52,233 nucleotides of DNA. Source: a virus (Duplodnaviria > Caudoviricetes). The notes beneath the pieces are model-generated. The model was not told the origin of the DNA. It saw nothing but the letters and a program-made list of their open reading frames with translations, and made no database searches. The position numbers were made by a program, and so were the translations under genes. How positions within the stretch are numbered: the first letter of the stretch is position 1; every line of letters starts with the position of its first letter. Shown here in pieces: positions 40,744-50,088 of the stretch. The stretch covers positions 1 to 52,233 of IMG/VR virus record IMGVR_UViG_3300042429_000905; one strand, 5' to 3'.

Positions 40744-43105
40744 TCAGGTCAATTTCCATGTCCTGATACATCTTGGCCCGCTGAGTGGCAAGCGTTTTCT
40801 GCTGCGCGTCCATTGCTCGCTCGGTGTTCGCCATGCTGCGCATCTTCATCATGTCATCAATCTCTTTGTGCTTCCACTTGTTCGCTCCGTCTTGTTGCAA
40901 GCGTTGCTGATTGGCCATCTTGATCTGCGCATCCATCTTCTCCTTCTCGGTCATGGCACCCTCTTGTTGAGGCTGTTGCACCGGCACCGACTGGATGGCT
41001 TGACCCATCTGCTGGATCTGCTCCATGGCCGGTTTGGCAAGCTGCTCAGGCAGACGCTGGACGTGGGCGGCGGCGTAGGCCAGCACCGCCATGACGCCGA
41101 CGACCTCGGACGGGGAGACGATCCCTGCGGAGGTGGCGGCTTTGATGTGACCCTGCGCGACTTCCGACGCGATCTTGGAGTGAAGCATCGGATCGTCCAT
41201 CGGTTGAGGAGGCAAAGGTTGGCCGGTGACAAACGCAGCGGTGACGGCGTACATCGCGTTCTTCTGTTGCGACTGATCCTGCTCCTCCTGCGGAGTGGTG
41301 AGTTGCTCGGCGACCACGTCGCCCAAGGTTGCCCGCAGAATCTCCTTGGCCAAAAAAGGCAGGATGGAAGGCATCACTGGACCCACGGTCTGCATCAACC
41401 CGGTGTTGACGGCGATGGACTGCTGGCGGGTCAACGATCCTGCCAAGCGCCGCGCCTTGAACTTCCATCGGTCGGCGTCCCACTCGTCCTCGTGGATGCC
41501 ATACTCCATCTTCAGGATCATGCGCAGCCGCGCCGCGTCTTGATAACAAGGGAACTCACGTTTTTGTTTCGGCCAGTGGCGGCACAGGGTGGTGGCTACC
41601 ATCTCGATGTACTTGTCGAGCGTCAGCAGCCAGTTCAGGCTGCGGCGGGACGAGGTGATCTGCTTGCCTGCCAACTCGGCCTGCGCCTGCGCGGCGAACT
41701 CCTGCTGTGTCCCGCCGAACGTGCCGGTGGCGTTGGCCGTGGAGTCGGCGGAGACGCTGTTGTCCAGCATCCGGATGGCACCCATGGCGGCGTTCATGCC
41801 AGTCATGGAGTTGTTCTTCTCCATCGGCCTGATCCCGTCCGGGAACGCCTGTCCGCTGCGGAGCCCACCCCGCTGGAGTTGGTCCATGTACTCCTGCCCG
41901 ACACCAGGCTTGACCGCCCACGTCACTTGGTTGGCGAAGGACAGACCGCCAATCAAGTCGGTTAGCAAACCCTCCATCACCGCGAGCTTGGGCATGGCAG
42001 TCTTGCCGGTGCCACGGACTTCCCGCAGTTTCTGGTCGCCGCTGATGGCGGCGTCGTCCACATGGAGGATCAGACACTCCTCCACCGAGCGGAACAATGA
42101 CGGCATGAAGAAGATGAGGCGTTCGTTGCGGTCGCTGGCTTCCTTCTGCTCGCCTGTCTTGCTGCGGCGCTTGGCCTCAAAGCGGTCGAGTGCCGTCTCG
42201 TTATCGTAGCCGCCGACCCGCAAGGACTTCAGGCGCATGTTGTACTCGATCTTCTCCTCCACGGCCATTTCGCCTCCGAAACGGCTGACGCAGTAAAGGT
42301 CAATCTCCTCGTGGCCACCGTAACGAGGGTCGTTCTTGGTCAGGTTTCCGTTCTTTCTGAAATACCAGTAAACATCTACCGGCTCGGCAAAGCAGTCAGT
42401 GGAGGCGTCAATCGCAAGCCACGCGTCTGGATCGTAGTCGCTCATCCACTCCTCGGTGTTGCGCTCGCCGTACTTCTCCGCCTCAGAGGCCATGATCCAC
42501 AGCTTGAGCTTCTCCAGTCCTTCCTTCTGCCAGCCGTACTTGCCACTGGAGGCTACCTTGAGCCGCTCCTCGATGTCACGCAGGCTGATCTTCTCCGCGA
42601 ACGCCCACTCCCGGAACTCTCCGTCCAACACGTCGATCCCGGCGTCCTTGGGGTGGATCAAGCGGCCCGACTTGGGGAAGCACTCGTTGGGAGACTTGCG
42701 GAACAGATAGGCCCGCCCAGTCACAGTCGAGCGTCCGGCGGCGTTTTGCAAAATAGGCATGACGCGGGACATCACCGCTGCGTTCAGTGCGGCGTTGAAC
42801 TGCGTCTGCACCTGCATGGTGCGGGCAGGCATCTTGACCGCTGGCTGGTTCAGGAAGCAGTGGAAGACACCGGGCTCCATCAACAGCGGGTCCAGCAGAA
42901 CCCCCATCTCCTTGCTCATGAATGCCTGCGCGTATCCCAGCGGGACGATGTCGTCTTCGCAGGTGTCGTCGTCCGAAGGGGGAGGACCACCATTGGCGTA
43001 GGCTTCGATCTTTCGCTCCAGATCCCACGAGGGGAACAGTTCGCGGCGGAATTTATCTACGGAGGTGACGATCTTGTCCGCGTCGATCTGCTGGAGTTTT
43101 GTCAT
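40703..43105 (-). CDS. Portal protein (P22-like, 800 aa)
   Basis: Size, DDPMLH.K motif, Gln-rich C-terminal coiled coil, context; ATGA overlap with the upstream gene. Confidence 0.7.
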   Translation of the reverse strand: MTKLQQIDADKIVTSVDKFRRELFPSWDLERKIEAYANGGPPPSDDDTCEDDIVPLGYAQAFMSKEMGVLLDPLLMEPGVFHCFLNQPAVKMPARTMQVQTQFNAALNAAVMSRVMPILQNAAGRSTVTGRAYLFRKSPNECFPKSGRLIHPKDAGIDVLDGEFREWAFAEKISLRDIEERLKVASSGKYGWQKEGLEKLKLWIMASEAEKYGERNTEEWMSDYDPDAWLAIDASTDCFAEPVDVYWYFRKNGNLTKNDPRYGGHEEIDLYCVSRFGGEMAVEEKIEYNMRLKSLRVGGYDNETALDRFEAKRRSKTGEQKEASDRNERLIFFMPSLFRSVEECLILHVDDAAISGDQKLREVRGTGKTAMPKLAVMEGLLTDLIGGLSFANQVTWAVKPGVGQEYMDQLQRGGLRSGQAFPDGIRPMEKNNSMTGMNAAMGAIRMLDNSVSADSTANATGTFGGTQQEFAAQAQAELAGKQITSSRRSLNWLLTLDKYIEMVATTLCRHWPKQKREFPCYQDAARLRMILKMEYGIHEDEWDADRWKFKARRLAGSLTRQQSIAVNTGLMQTVGPVMPSILPFLAKEILRATLGDVVAEQLTTPQEEQDQSQQKNAMYAVTAAFVTGQPLPPQPMDDPMLHSKIASEVAQGHIKAATSAGIVSPSEVVGVMAVLAYAAAHVQRLPEQLAKPAMEQIQQMGQAIQSVPVQQPQQEGAMTEKEKMDAQIKMANQQRLQQDGANKWKHKEIDDMMKMRSMANTERAMDAQQKTLATQRAKMYQDMEIDLNDADNAAFAPANL

Positions 43106-43725
43106 GTGGGGAGTGTCCAATTAAATTTTGCAGCCACAATGGCGAACGGCGTGGGCGACTTGCCATCCCGCGTCTCGTTGTGGATGTCCACCAGCCAGTG
43201 TCTGGCTTGTTGTAAAGTAAGGGAAGCAGGCAGCGGGCTGTTCATCAAGGCTACTGACCAATGGGACGCGCAGACGATACAACCGTCAGGCCCGTTAATC
43301 AAGGTTGTGAGGTTGCTTATAATATCGGCCAGTGCCGCTCGTGCATCCACGTCGCTCAAACCGTTATACAGCGCCCGGTTGGCAGACTCCCACGCCTCGC
43401 GTGCCCACGGCAGAATTGCCTTTGGAGCGCCGCTCTGGAAGCCTTTGCAAAGGCGAGGTTGCGGCGAGCACCACTGCTCGATGGAGATCATTTTGATTTC
43501 ATCGGTCAACGCGTTGGAAGTCATCCCGTTGGCAGCGAGGAAGTCAATCATCGACTGCCACGCCGCCTTGGCGTTCTTGGGGCGGTACGGGTGCATCGCC
43601 CAAATGCCGGAGAGATGCTGGGCAGACTCTGGCAGGACGAGAATCTTCCACCCTGATTCCGGGGCAGCAAGTACCGCTCCCCGCAATACGAAGTCGTTCA
43701 TTTTACACACTGCTAATACGCACAT
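43102..43725 (-). CDS. Erv1/ALR-like FAD-dependent sulfhydryl oxidase (start at 43725 or 43701)
   Basis: W...AW, CIVCASHW, P, WLVDIHN.T..GK match the Erv signature W..CxxC..H..W...HN.VN..GK. Confidence 0.72.
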   Translation of the reverse strand: MCVLAVCKMNDFVLRGAVLAAPESGWKILVLPESAQHLSGIWAMHPYRPKNAKAAWQSMIDFLAANGMTSNALTDEIKMISIEQWCSPQPRLCKGFQSGAPKAILPWAREAWESANRALYNGLSDVDARAALADIISNLTTLINGPDGCIVCASHWSVALMNSPLPASLTLQQARHWLVDIHNETRDGKSPTPFAIVAAKFNWTLPT

Positions 43726-43727
43726 AA

Positions 43728-44393
43728 TTAATTAAACGCCAAAATGTTGAGAGCAGAGTCTGCGGCCTTTTTTGCCGCAGTTTTAGCCGCGATGTATTTT
43801 TTGCGGCCATCCATCATTTTTGCAAGGGACTCCGCAGAAATCGGGCGTCCAGCCCTCACCTTACTCATTTTTGCACGAGTTTCATCTGAACAAACACGCC
43901 CTGCGCTGGAGGCCCCTATTTTCAGGCGCGTCTCCAACGAAGCTGTTTTTCCTGTATTAGCATTCTTAATTTTCATTCGCGTTTCCAGAGTGTGGGTACT
44001 CCCTATTTTTGCCGCACTCATTTTTTCACGCGTTTCTGCGGACGCCACTTTACCGGTGGAGGCTAAACTCATCCGCTTACGTGTTTCCAGAGTGCGCTTT
44101 GTTCGCCCCAACACGCCCCCTCCGTCTTTGTTCAGAAGGTTCGCTCCCAGAAATCTGAGATACATAATCAAGAAAATCTCTTCTTCCTCCCATTCCGCGA
44201 TGGGGGTTTCGCTGAGAACCTCCATTTCGGGTTTCAATCCGCGTGATTTTAGGTCGCTAATCCACGCCGCTTTTTCCACGTTGTCCGTTTTACAGCAGTG
44301 TTCGTTGAAACGCTGTTTCGGATTATTCGTCGCGCCAACCCAACGGACAAGCCCCGTGCTCGGATCTGATAAAAGATAAATGAATTTGTCCAT
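43728..44393 (-). CDS. Free-standing GIY-YIG homing endonuclease with NUMOD3 repeats
   Basis: FIYLLSDP..RWVGAT..RF.EH, E..E, LLN..GG; five ETRxK(M/I)-type repeats; lower GC than neighbours. Confidence 0.88.
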   Translation of the reverse strand: MDKFIYLLSDPSTGLVRWVGATNNPKQRFNEHCCKTDNVEKAAWISDLKSRGLKPEMEVLSETPIAEWEEEEIFLIMYLRFLGANLLNKDGGGVLGRTKRTLETRKRMSLASTGKVASAETREKMSAAKIGSTHTLETRMKIKNANTGKTASLETRLKIGASSAGRVCSDETRAKMSKVRAGRPISAESLAKMMDGRKKYIAAKTAAKKAADSALNILAFN

Positions 44394-44400
44394 CTCCGGC

Positions 44401-44429
44401 ACTATCCCACAAGTTCTTGACAAGTGCAA
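44401..44429 (-). promoter_or_regulatory. Putative promoter for the leftward head operon
   Basis: TTGCAC-17 nt-GATAGT, 8 nt upstream of the GIY-YIG ATG. Confidence 0.4.
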
Positions 44430-44593
44430 CCTTTGTGACGACTGTGCATCAAGCACTGTAAAGGACACTTCGTGCAGGTCTTTGGAAAACATCAGGTGTA
44501 AAGCGGGAACCCTGGCCGCAAAGCAGATGGCACGACGTGCCTCTTTCCCATTGCTCAACACAGAGCCACCACAATATACCCACTACAAATACC

Positions 44594-46615
44594 ATGGCCA
44601 CTATCAATATCGGTCCAGGAGGCGTCGCTATTTCAGCCGCCGACTCCTGCTCCAGCAATGACCTCCTCGCCTCCCAAGGCAACCCCCTCGGCGCTCTGAT
44701 TGAGTCCGTTGAGGTGCAGCAGATCACCGGCATTAAGCGGATGATGTATCCCTCTCTCGCAGAGTCGATTGATCGTCACATGCCGATGCGTCCTTCCAGT
44801 GCCACCCGAATCAACGGTGTCACCGAGTACCACACCGCTGTCGGTTACGACGGTCTGCTCAACCTTGGTGGGTTGATCGACATCACCCCCGGTTCCGGCG
44901 ACTACACCAACACGGTGAGCCTGCTCAACTCCGATGGGACCCGCCGCAACAAGGGAATCACCTCCGACGCCAACACCAACGCCGAAGCCTGTAACCCTGC
45001 CATTGATGGTGCGGTGCCAAACCTCGGGCGTGAAGGCTACGGTCGTCGTGCTTACACCCGCCGCCTGCCGATCCCTCCGATCTGTTTTGGTGACTGGACT
45101 CACGGCAAAGAAGAGTTCTACGCCCACTTCACCGCCATTCACGACTCCGTGAAGAACGGTTTGATGGCGCAGTTCGCTGCTGACCAATACCGCTGGCAGA
45201 TCAGCAAGGCCCGCTTCAACGCAGCCCCGATCCAAGTCGCCCAAGGCAGTGGCAAGGCCAAGCTCCCCGTGAGCGGAGACCTCTACACCGCCGCCAACTT
45301 TGGCCGGATGCCCCAGCACTGGGGTTCTGCTGACTGGATGGCCGGAATGCTCCGTGAGTCCGAGATCGACCCCCGCGAGAACCTGCGCGTCGAACTGCCT
45401 GCTTCCATCTTTGTGAAGTACAAGGAACAGCTTGCCTCCATCGTCGGAGTCAACTTCTACGAAGGTGCCGGTAACATCACCCGCGCCCTCAACGCCTTCG
45501 ACGTCAGCATCCAGAACGAGACCCTGATCTACCAAGACAAGGTCACTGGCCGCAAGATCACCTTCGTCGCCACGGACAAGCCCGTGTACGTCGAAGTGGA
45601 AGACACCGGCACCGCTGGCGGTCAATGGCAGTTCCAAGAGCCTTGGATCTGGCGCAACTCCGAGACCTCCGGTCAGATCATGCCCCGGCACAATCCGAAG
45701 TATGGGGTCGCTTGCAGCGTGCCTAACAAGGTGCTTGCCGCTATCGTCTCCGTGTCTGCCGATGGTGCCACTCCTTTCTACAAGGAGCCCCTCCCCGGCA
45801 ACAACCCGGCGGCTGGCCTGCGTGCCCTGATCCAGAAGTATGGTGCCACCGGCGAACGCCCAGTGAACACCAACCTCGCGGAGATCTACCCAAGCTCCAT
45901 CACCACCACCATCCTGACCGGCGCTGAGTTCCAACTCTACGTCGCCAGCGTGCAGAACCAACGCTACCGCGATGCAGGCTGGGGTTGCGACGTGATGAGC
46001 AACATCAAAAACACCTGGATGGGTGGTTTTGCCGAGATCAGCGCCGTATTTGGTGAGCGTCGTCCCCGTGAGGTCGTCAACTTCATGTTGAAGGTTCCTC
46101 AAGTCGATTACTGCTACGACTTGGCCGTGGATTGCGCCGACACCCCTGACATCCCTGCTGCTCTCGACTTCGAGCCAGCCACAGCGGAAGTTGGTAAACA
46201 AGAGGTGCCGATCCCTGCTCCTGTTGCTGCGGTTCCTGAAGCGGCTGGTAAAGTGATCGTGATTGGCCAGTCCACCACGATCCTTGCTGACTGCAACAAC
46301 CTCCGCACCGTGAGCATTCCGTTCCGCCGGATCGGTGGAACCGCTGGTGCCATCAGCATCACCATCGCCGGTACCCCAAGCACCCACGCGAACACCCTGC
46401 CTACCACGGTGTCCTTCGCGGACGGCGTGACCGAAGCAGTGGCCACGTTCACCATCGACGCCTGGCAGGCCACGGACGCGACTTCCGAGTCGTTCGTCCT
46501 GACCTTCAGCGGTGCCTCCCTCGATGCGGGCTCCTACACCACCCGGACCATCCGCATCCGCGCCAACACCACCTGCTCGCTCGACGAGACGGCTGGCGAC
46601 TGCGCTTCCTGCTAA
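44594..46615 (+). CDS. Major capsid protein with a C-terminal Calx-beta/Ig-like domain, 673 aa
   Basis: Strongly biased codons, strong terminator behind it, adjacent to the head genes; RRIGGTAGAISI..TVSFADG..ESFVLTFS Calx-beta pattern. Confidence 0.7.
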   Translation: MATINIGPGGVAISAADSCSSNDLLASQGNPLGALIESVEVQQITGIKRMMYPSLAESIDRHMPMRPSSATRINGVTEYHTAVGYDGLLNLGGLIDITPGSGDYTNTVSLLNSDGTRRNKGITSDANTNAEACNPAIDGAVPNLGREGYGRRAYTRRLPIPPICFGDWTHGKEEFYAHFTAIHDSVKNGLMAQFAADQYRWQISKARFNAAPIQVAQGSGKAKLPVSGDLYTAANFGRMPQHWGSADWMAGMLRESEIDPRENLRVELPASIFVKYKEQLASIVGVNFYEGAGNITRALNAFDVSIQNETLIYQDKVTGRKITFVATDKPVYVEVEDTGTAGGQWQFQEPWIWRNSETSGQIMPRHNPKYGVACSVPNKVLAAIVSVSADGATPFYKEPLPGNNPAAGLRALIQKYGATGERPVNTNLAEIYPSSITTTILTGAEFQLYVASVQNQRYRDAGWGCDVMSNIKNTWMGGFAEISAVFGERRPREVVNFMLKVPQVDYCYDLAVDCADTPDIPAALDFEPATAEVGKQEVPIPAPVAAVPEAAGKVIVIGQSTTILADCNNLRTVSIPFRRIGGTAGAISITIAGTPSTHANTLPTTVSFADGVTEAVATFTIDAWQATDATSESFVLTFSGASLDAGSYTTRTIRIRANTTCSLDETAGDCASC

Positions 46616-46633
46616 GATCGGAAACCCCACATT

Positions 46634-46664
46634 GCCGGGGGAGGGTAACCTCCCCCGGCTTTCT
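46634..46664 (+). terminator. Terminator after the capsid gene
   Basis: 11-bp stem GCCGGGGGAGG/CCTCCCCCGGC, GTAA loop, then TTTCT. Confidence 0.8.
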
Positions 46665-46667
46665 CCG

Positions 46668-47042
46668 ATGAAAGCACTCCTTTTTTCCCTGTTCATGCTT
46701 CCGGCCTGCACTGTCAGGCCCGTTATCCGTTCCGGCGACCAACTGGTTCTGCTCGGCGGTTCAATTTTCTCAAAGTCGTCTGGCGAGACCGCCAGCTACT
46801 CCGGCCCTCTGGGCAATCTCTCCTACACCGACACGGCCAAGGACGAGACCATCATCCCCGGCAAGGTCGTCAACTACTGGGGTGTCAAAGCCGCAACCGA
46901 AGCTGCTACCTCCATGTGGCGCACATCCGAAAGCACCACCCGCATTCTGGCCAAGGAGGAGACCTCGCGGGCCGCGACGTCGTCCGCCGCAGAGGTGGAA
47001 AAACTCAAGATCCTCAACCCGGTTGAACCTGTTGCACCATGA
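46668..47042 (+). CDS. Lipoprotein
   Basis: MKALLFSLFMLPA-C lipobox. Confidence 0.7.
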   Translation: MKALLFSLFMLPACTVRPVIRSGDQLVLLGGSIFSKSSGETASYSGPLGNLSYTDTAKDETIIPGKVVNYWGVKAATEAATSMWRTSESTTRILAKEETSRAATSSAAEVEKLKILNPVEPVAP

Positions 47043-47302
47043 CTTTTGACGATACTGAAATCATCAAGACGGCGATAGGATGGGTTGCCACCATTGGCAC
47101 TACCTTGACCGGTGCTGTCACTTATTTATTTTTCCAAGTCGTCAACCTGAACCGCAAGGTTGGAAGGATGGAAGCAGAGATTCAGGAGTACAAAGCCGAC
47201 ATCGAGGAGTACAAGAACTGCCCGATCCCCCAGTGCTATTTCCGCGTCCGCAGACTTCAACGTGACCAAACCGAAACCATCCCCAACGGCATAAAAATAT
47301 GA
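47039..47302 (+). CDS. Single-TM coiled-coil protein, holin- or i-spanin-like
   Basis: TM helix, heptads, CPIPQC; in the lysis cluster. Confidence 0.55.
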   Translation: MTFDDTEIIKTAIGWVATIGTTLTGAVTYLFFQVVNLNRKVGRMEAEIQEYKADIEEYKNCPIPQCYFRVRRLQRDQTETIPNGIKI

Positions 47303-47667
47303 TCAACACCCCAGAACTCTCCGAAGTTGTCAACGCAGTCGCGCTCATCCTCCACGGGGTGAACGAGGCCAAGGCCGACGATGGCCGCATCTCCGTGCCA
47401 GAAGCGCTCTCGCTGTTTGCCGCTGCCATCCCCTCGGTGGCGCGTGCCGTCAGCGGGGCTCGCGGCATCCCCGACGAGTTGACCGGCATGACGCAGGACG
47501 ACATGGACTCGATGTACTTTGGGTTCCTCAAAACCCTCCAGTGGGACCCGACGGACGACACCCGCGACCGCTTCGCCGTCTGCTACGAGGTGGCGTCTTG
47601 TCTGATCATTTCTGGAATTAAGTGGAGGAATACCGTCAAGCCTCCTGTCGCCGAGGTCATCCCGTAA
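47299..47667 (+). CDS. Hypothetical protein (A.ADDGRIS..E type)
   Basis: ATGA-coupled ORF. Confidence 0.65.
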   Translation: MINTPELSEVVNAVALILHGVNEAKADDGRISVPEALSLFAAAIPSVARAVSGARGIPDELTGMTQDDMDSMYFGFLKTLQWDPTDDTRDRFAVCYEVASCLIISGIKWRNTVKPPVAEVIP

Positions 47668-47685
47668 CCCCTACGTGATTCCAGT

Positions 47686-47871
47686 ATGAGATTTTTACCC
47701 TTGCTGACCGCAGTTTTATTTGTGCTGCCTTCTTGCGCTTCTCGTGAAAAAGGGGTAATGCTCAATGGGCAGGAGACTCTCCTGCTGCCTTTTCCTGATG
47801 ATTTACAGCAGGCCGAGGACGCTTACCTGATCCGCCGCAGCCCAACCTTCGCCCCCCTCTGGAAACCATGA
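47686..47871 (+). CDS. Small lipoprotein, o-spanin-like
   Basis: MRFLPLLTAVLFVLPS-C lipobox. Confidence 0.6.
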   Translation: MRFLPLLTAVLFVLPSCASREKGVMLNGQETLLLPFPDDLQQAEDAYLIRRSPTFAPLWKP

Positions 47872-48167
47872 AAGACTTCCTAGCCAAACTCTTCAAACGG
47901 GAGTCACCTGTTTCTGCTTACCTGCGCGACCAGTTCTTCAAGCTGTCCATGGCAGACGGCAAACCGGGCCTCGGCCTCGGTGACTTGGAAGCCATCCTCG
48001 GTCGCGTCAAGAACGCCTCCGTCACCTTGCACACCAACCGGGAGAAGGCCGAGGCTGTCGCCTTGTGGGTCAACGCCAAGTTTGGCAACCAAGTGGCTCC
48101 GTGGGTCATCGTCCAACTCGTCCAGATCGGCTACCTCTTCGCCAAGGAAAAAGGCATCGTAAAATGA
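47868..48167 (+). CDS. Hypothetical protein
   Basis: ATGA overlaps at both ends. Confidence 0.6.
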   Translation: MKDFLAKLFKRESPVSAYLRDQFFKLSMADGKPGLGLGDLEAILGRVKNASVTLHTNREKAEAVALWVNAKFGNQVAPWVIVQLVQIGYLFAKEKGIVK

Positions 48168-48712
48168 GCACGTTTGAATTGCGCAAAAAGTTTCTCGCTA
48201 TTGCCCGCACCAACGTGGGCAAGGTAGAGACTAGCAAAAATCAAGCAAGCTGGATTAAGCCGTTGTGGACAGCCACCAATTACCCAGCAGGGTATGCGGA
48301 GCGCCAACCGTATTGTGCCGCCGGGATGGCGTGGGCGTTGCGCGAGTGGCTGAAAGACCCGGAAGTCTTGAAGGCTTTGAACCTCACCGCCGCGCAGGCG
48401 GAGAAGTGGCGGTGCAAGTCGGCCAGTTGCTTCCACGCCGACAACTCGTGGGAGACATGGGCGCGTCAGAACAGTCTGCTCCTGCCTAAGACCACGGTAG
48501 TCCTCCACGCCGGGGACTTGATCATTTACTCCTTCAGCCACATCGAGATGTACGTGGACGACCTCCCCGGCAACAAGTTCACGGCGATTGGCTACAACAC
48601 TGGGGGTGGACCGGTGTCACCCGACGGCACCGTGTCCCGCGACGGCGATGGCTGCTTCGAGAAGCCGCGCAGCCGCGCCAAGATCCGTTCCATCATCCGT
48701 ATGCTGCCATGA
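48164..48712 (+). CDS. Endolysin, CHAP/NlpC-P60 Cys-His peptidase
   Basis: PYCAAG..W; GDLIIYSFSHI; IGYNT. Confidence 0.75.
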   Translation: MSTFELRKKFLAIARTNVGKVETSKNQASWIKPLWTATNYPAGYAERQPYCAAGMAWALREWLKDPEVLKALNLTAAQAEKWRCKSASCFHADNSWETWARQNSLLLPKTTVVLHAGDLIIYSFSHIEMYVDDLPGNKFTAIGYNTGGGPVSPDGTVSRDGDGCFEKPRSRAKIRSIIRMLP

Positions 48713-48801
48713 CCGCGTACAAACTTTTACAGAAATACCTCTGCCTCCGCAAACGGCTCCGCCGTTTGAAGGAGCGGGTTGCTGCCCTCGAAACGACATG
48801 A
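48709..48801 (+). CDS. 30-aa coiled-coil peptide MTAYKLLQKYLCLRKRLRRLKERVAALETT, not in the ORF track
   Basis: ATGA overlaps at both ends; shares RVAALE with the next ORF. Confidence 0.55.
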   Translation: MTAYKLLQKYLCLRKRLRRLKERVAALETT

Positions 48802-48953
48802 GCCTCCTTACCGACCTGCTGTTGAATCTGCGCTGCCTCTGCCGGGGGACCGCCAGTTTGGAGGTGCGTGTCGCCGCCCTTGAAGCGTCGAGCCAACTGC
48901 TTTACAATGGTGTCGGTATAACCTACAACGGCACCCCAATCCAATACAACTAA
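48798..48953 (+). CDS. 51-aa fibre-associated peptide (MSLLTDLLLNLRCLC...)
   Basis: Paralogue of 50089-50253. Confidence 0.65.
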   Translation: MSLLTDLLLNLRCLCRGTASLEVRVAALEASSQLLYNGVGITYNGTPIQYN

Positions 48954-48957
48954 TTTT

Positions 48958-50073
48958 ATGCCAATCGACATCGGAGACATCCCAACCGGAACGCCACCAA
49001 CGACTGGCGAGAAGCTACAAATCCGCACCGCCATCGGCCTAGGCCAAACGGACGCGCCGACGTTCCTGGCGCAAACCCTGACCGGAGCTTTGACTGCTTC
49101 AGAAACAGGGGCGTCAAAAAACCCGGCGGTGGCTTTTCCAGTTTCTGGATCTTATGCTGTCGGTGTCTGGAGTCCGGCTCAATATACTATTCAGCTTGCA
49201 ATGGCCCCGGCTGGCACATTAACTAATACTACCGCCTACACTGGGTTGCAGTATGAAATGACTGCGGGAACACTAAGCTGGGGGGTTAGCTCACAAACCA
49301 TTAAGCTCGCCCGAGACGCAGACGGAATCCTAGCCCAGCGGAACGGGACAGCAGCGCAGGCGTTTCGGGTTTATAACACATTCCCCGGAACGACCGCAAA
49401 CGAGTGGTTTGAGATTGATTGGAAGACGACAGCAAACACCGTGCGGCTCTTTACCAACCAAGGCGGGACAGGTGGAGCAAGGGCCATGGACATTTCAGCC
49501 GGGGCGACTTTGTTCTTGGGTGCTGGGTCAAGTTCACCAATCCGAATGTATTCCGGTGGAGTTGAGCGTTGGCAGATTTCTGCTAATGGGCATTTGATGA
49601 GCGCGGGAGTGACAGACAACCTCTACGACATCGGCGCGAGTGGGGCGAATAGGCCGAGGGATGTTTATGCTGGCGGCAATGGTATTTTTGGGGGGGTAGT
49701 CTCAGCGGCATTTGGATTTAGAGCGCCAAGTAGTTCGCAAATTATTGCATCTTCAGATGGTATTTGGAGGCTTACAAATTCTAGTGTAAATGACTTTAAT
49801 CGCCTGCAATTTGGCAGCACCACAGACGCATTCCCCGCAATCGCCCGTGATGGCGCAGGCATTAAATTCACCGGAGCCGCAGCAGGCTCAACGTCTTGGA
49901 TCAAGGTGCCTCCGGTTGCCGTTGCCTCGCTTCCCTCCGCTGCAACTGCTGGCGTGGGTGCGAGGGCATTCGTCAATAACGCACTTAATCCGGTATTTGG
50001 AAATGCGGTTGTAGGTTCCGGGCTGTCCACAGTTCCGGTCTACAGCGACGGAACTAATTGGAACGTCGGCTAA
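48958..50073 (+). CDS. Tail fibre / receptor-binding protein 1
   Basis: Gly/Ala/Thr-rich beta repeats, DNLYDIGASGANRPRDVY, terminal VASLPSA..YSDGTNW. Confidence 0.8.
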   Translation: MPIDIGDIPTGTPPTTGEKLQIRTAIGLGQTDAPTFLAQTLTGALTASETGASKNPAVAFPVSGSYAVGVWSPAQYTIQLAMAPAGTLTNTTAYTGLQYEMTAGTLSWGVSSQTIKLARDADGILAQRNGTAAQAFRVYNTFPGTTANEWFEIDWKTTANTVRLFTNQGGTGGARAMDISAGATLFLGAGSSSPIRMYSGGVERWQISANGHLMSAGVTDNLYDIGASGANRPRDVYAGGNGIFGGVVSAAFGFRAPSSSQIIASSDGIWRLTNSSVNDFNRLQFGSTTDAFPAIARDGAGIKFTGAAAGSTSWIKVPPVAVASLPSAATAGVGARAFVNNALNPVFGNAVVGSGLSTVPVYSDGTNWNVG

Positions 50074-50088
50074 TTATTCTACACACCC

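Noticed and set aside
44633-46711. 692-aa antisense ORF over the capsid gene
   Set aside because: Shadow of strongly biased codons; V/G/D-rich with no motifs
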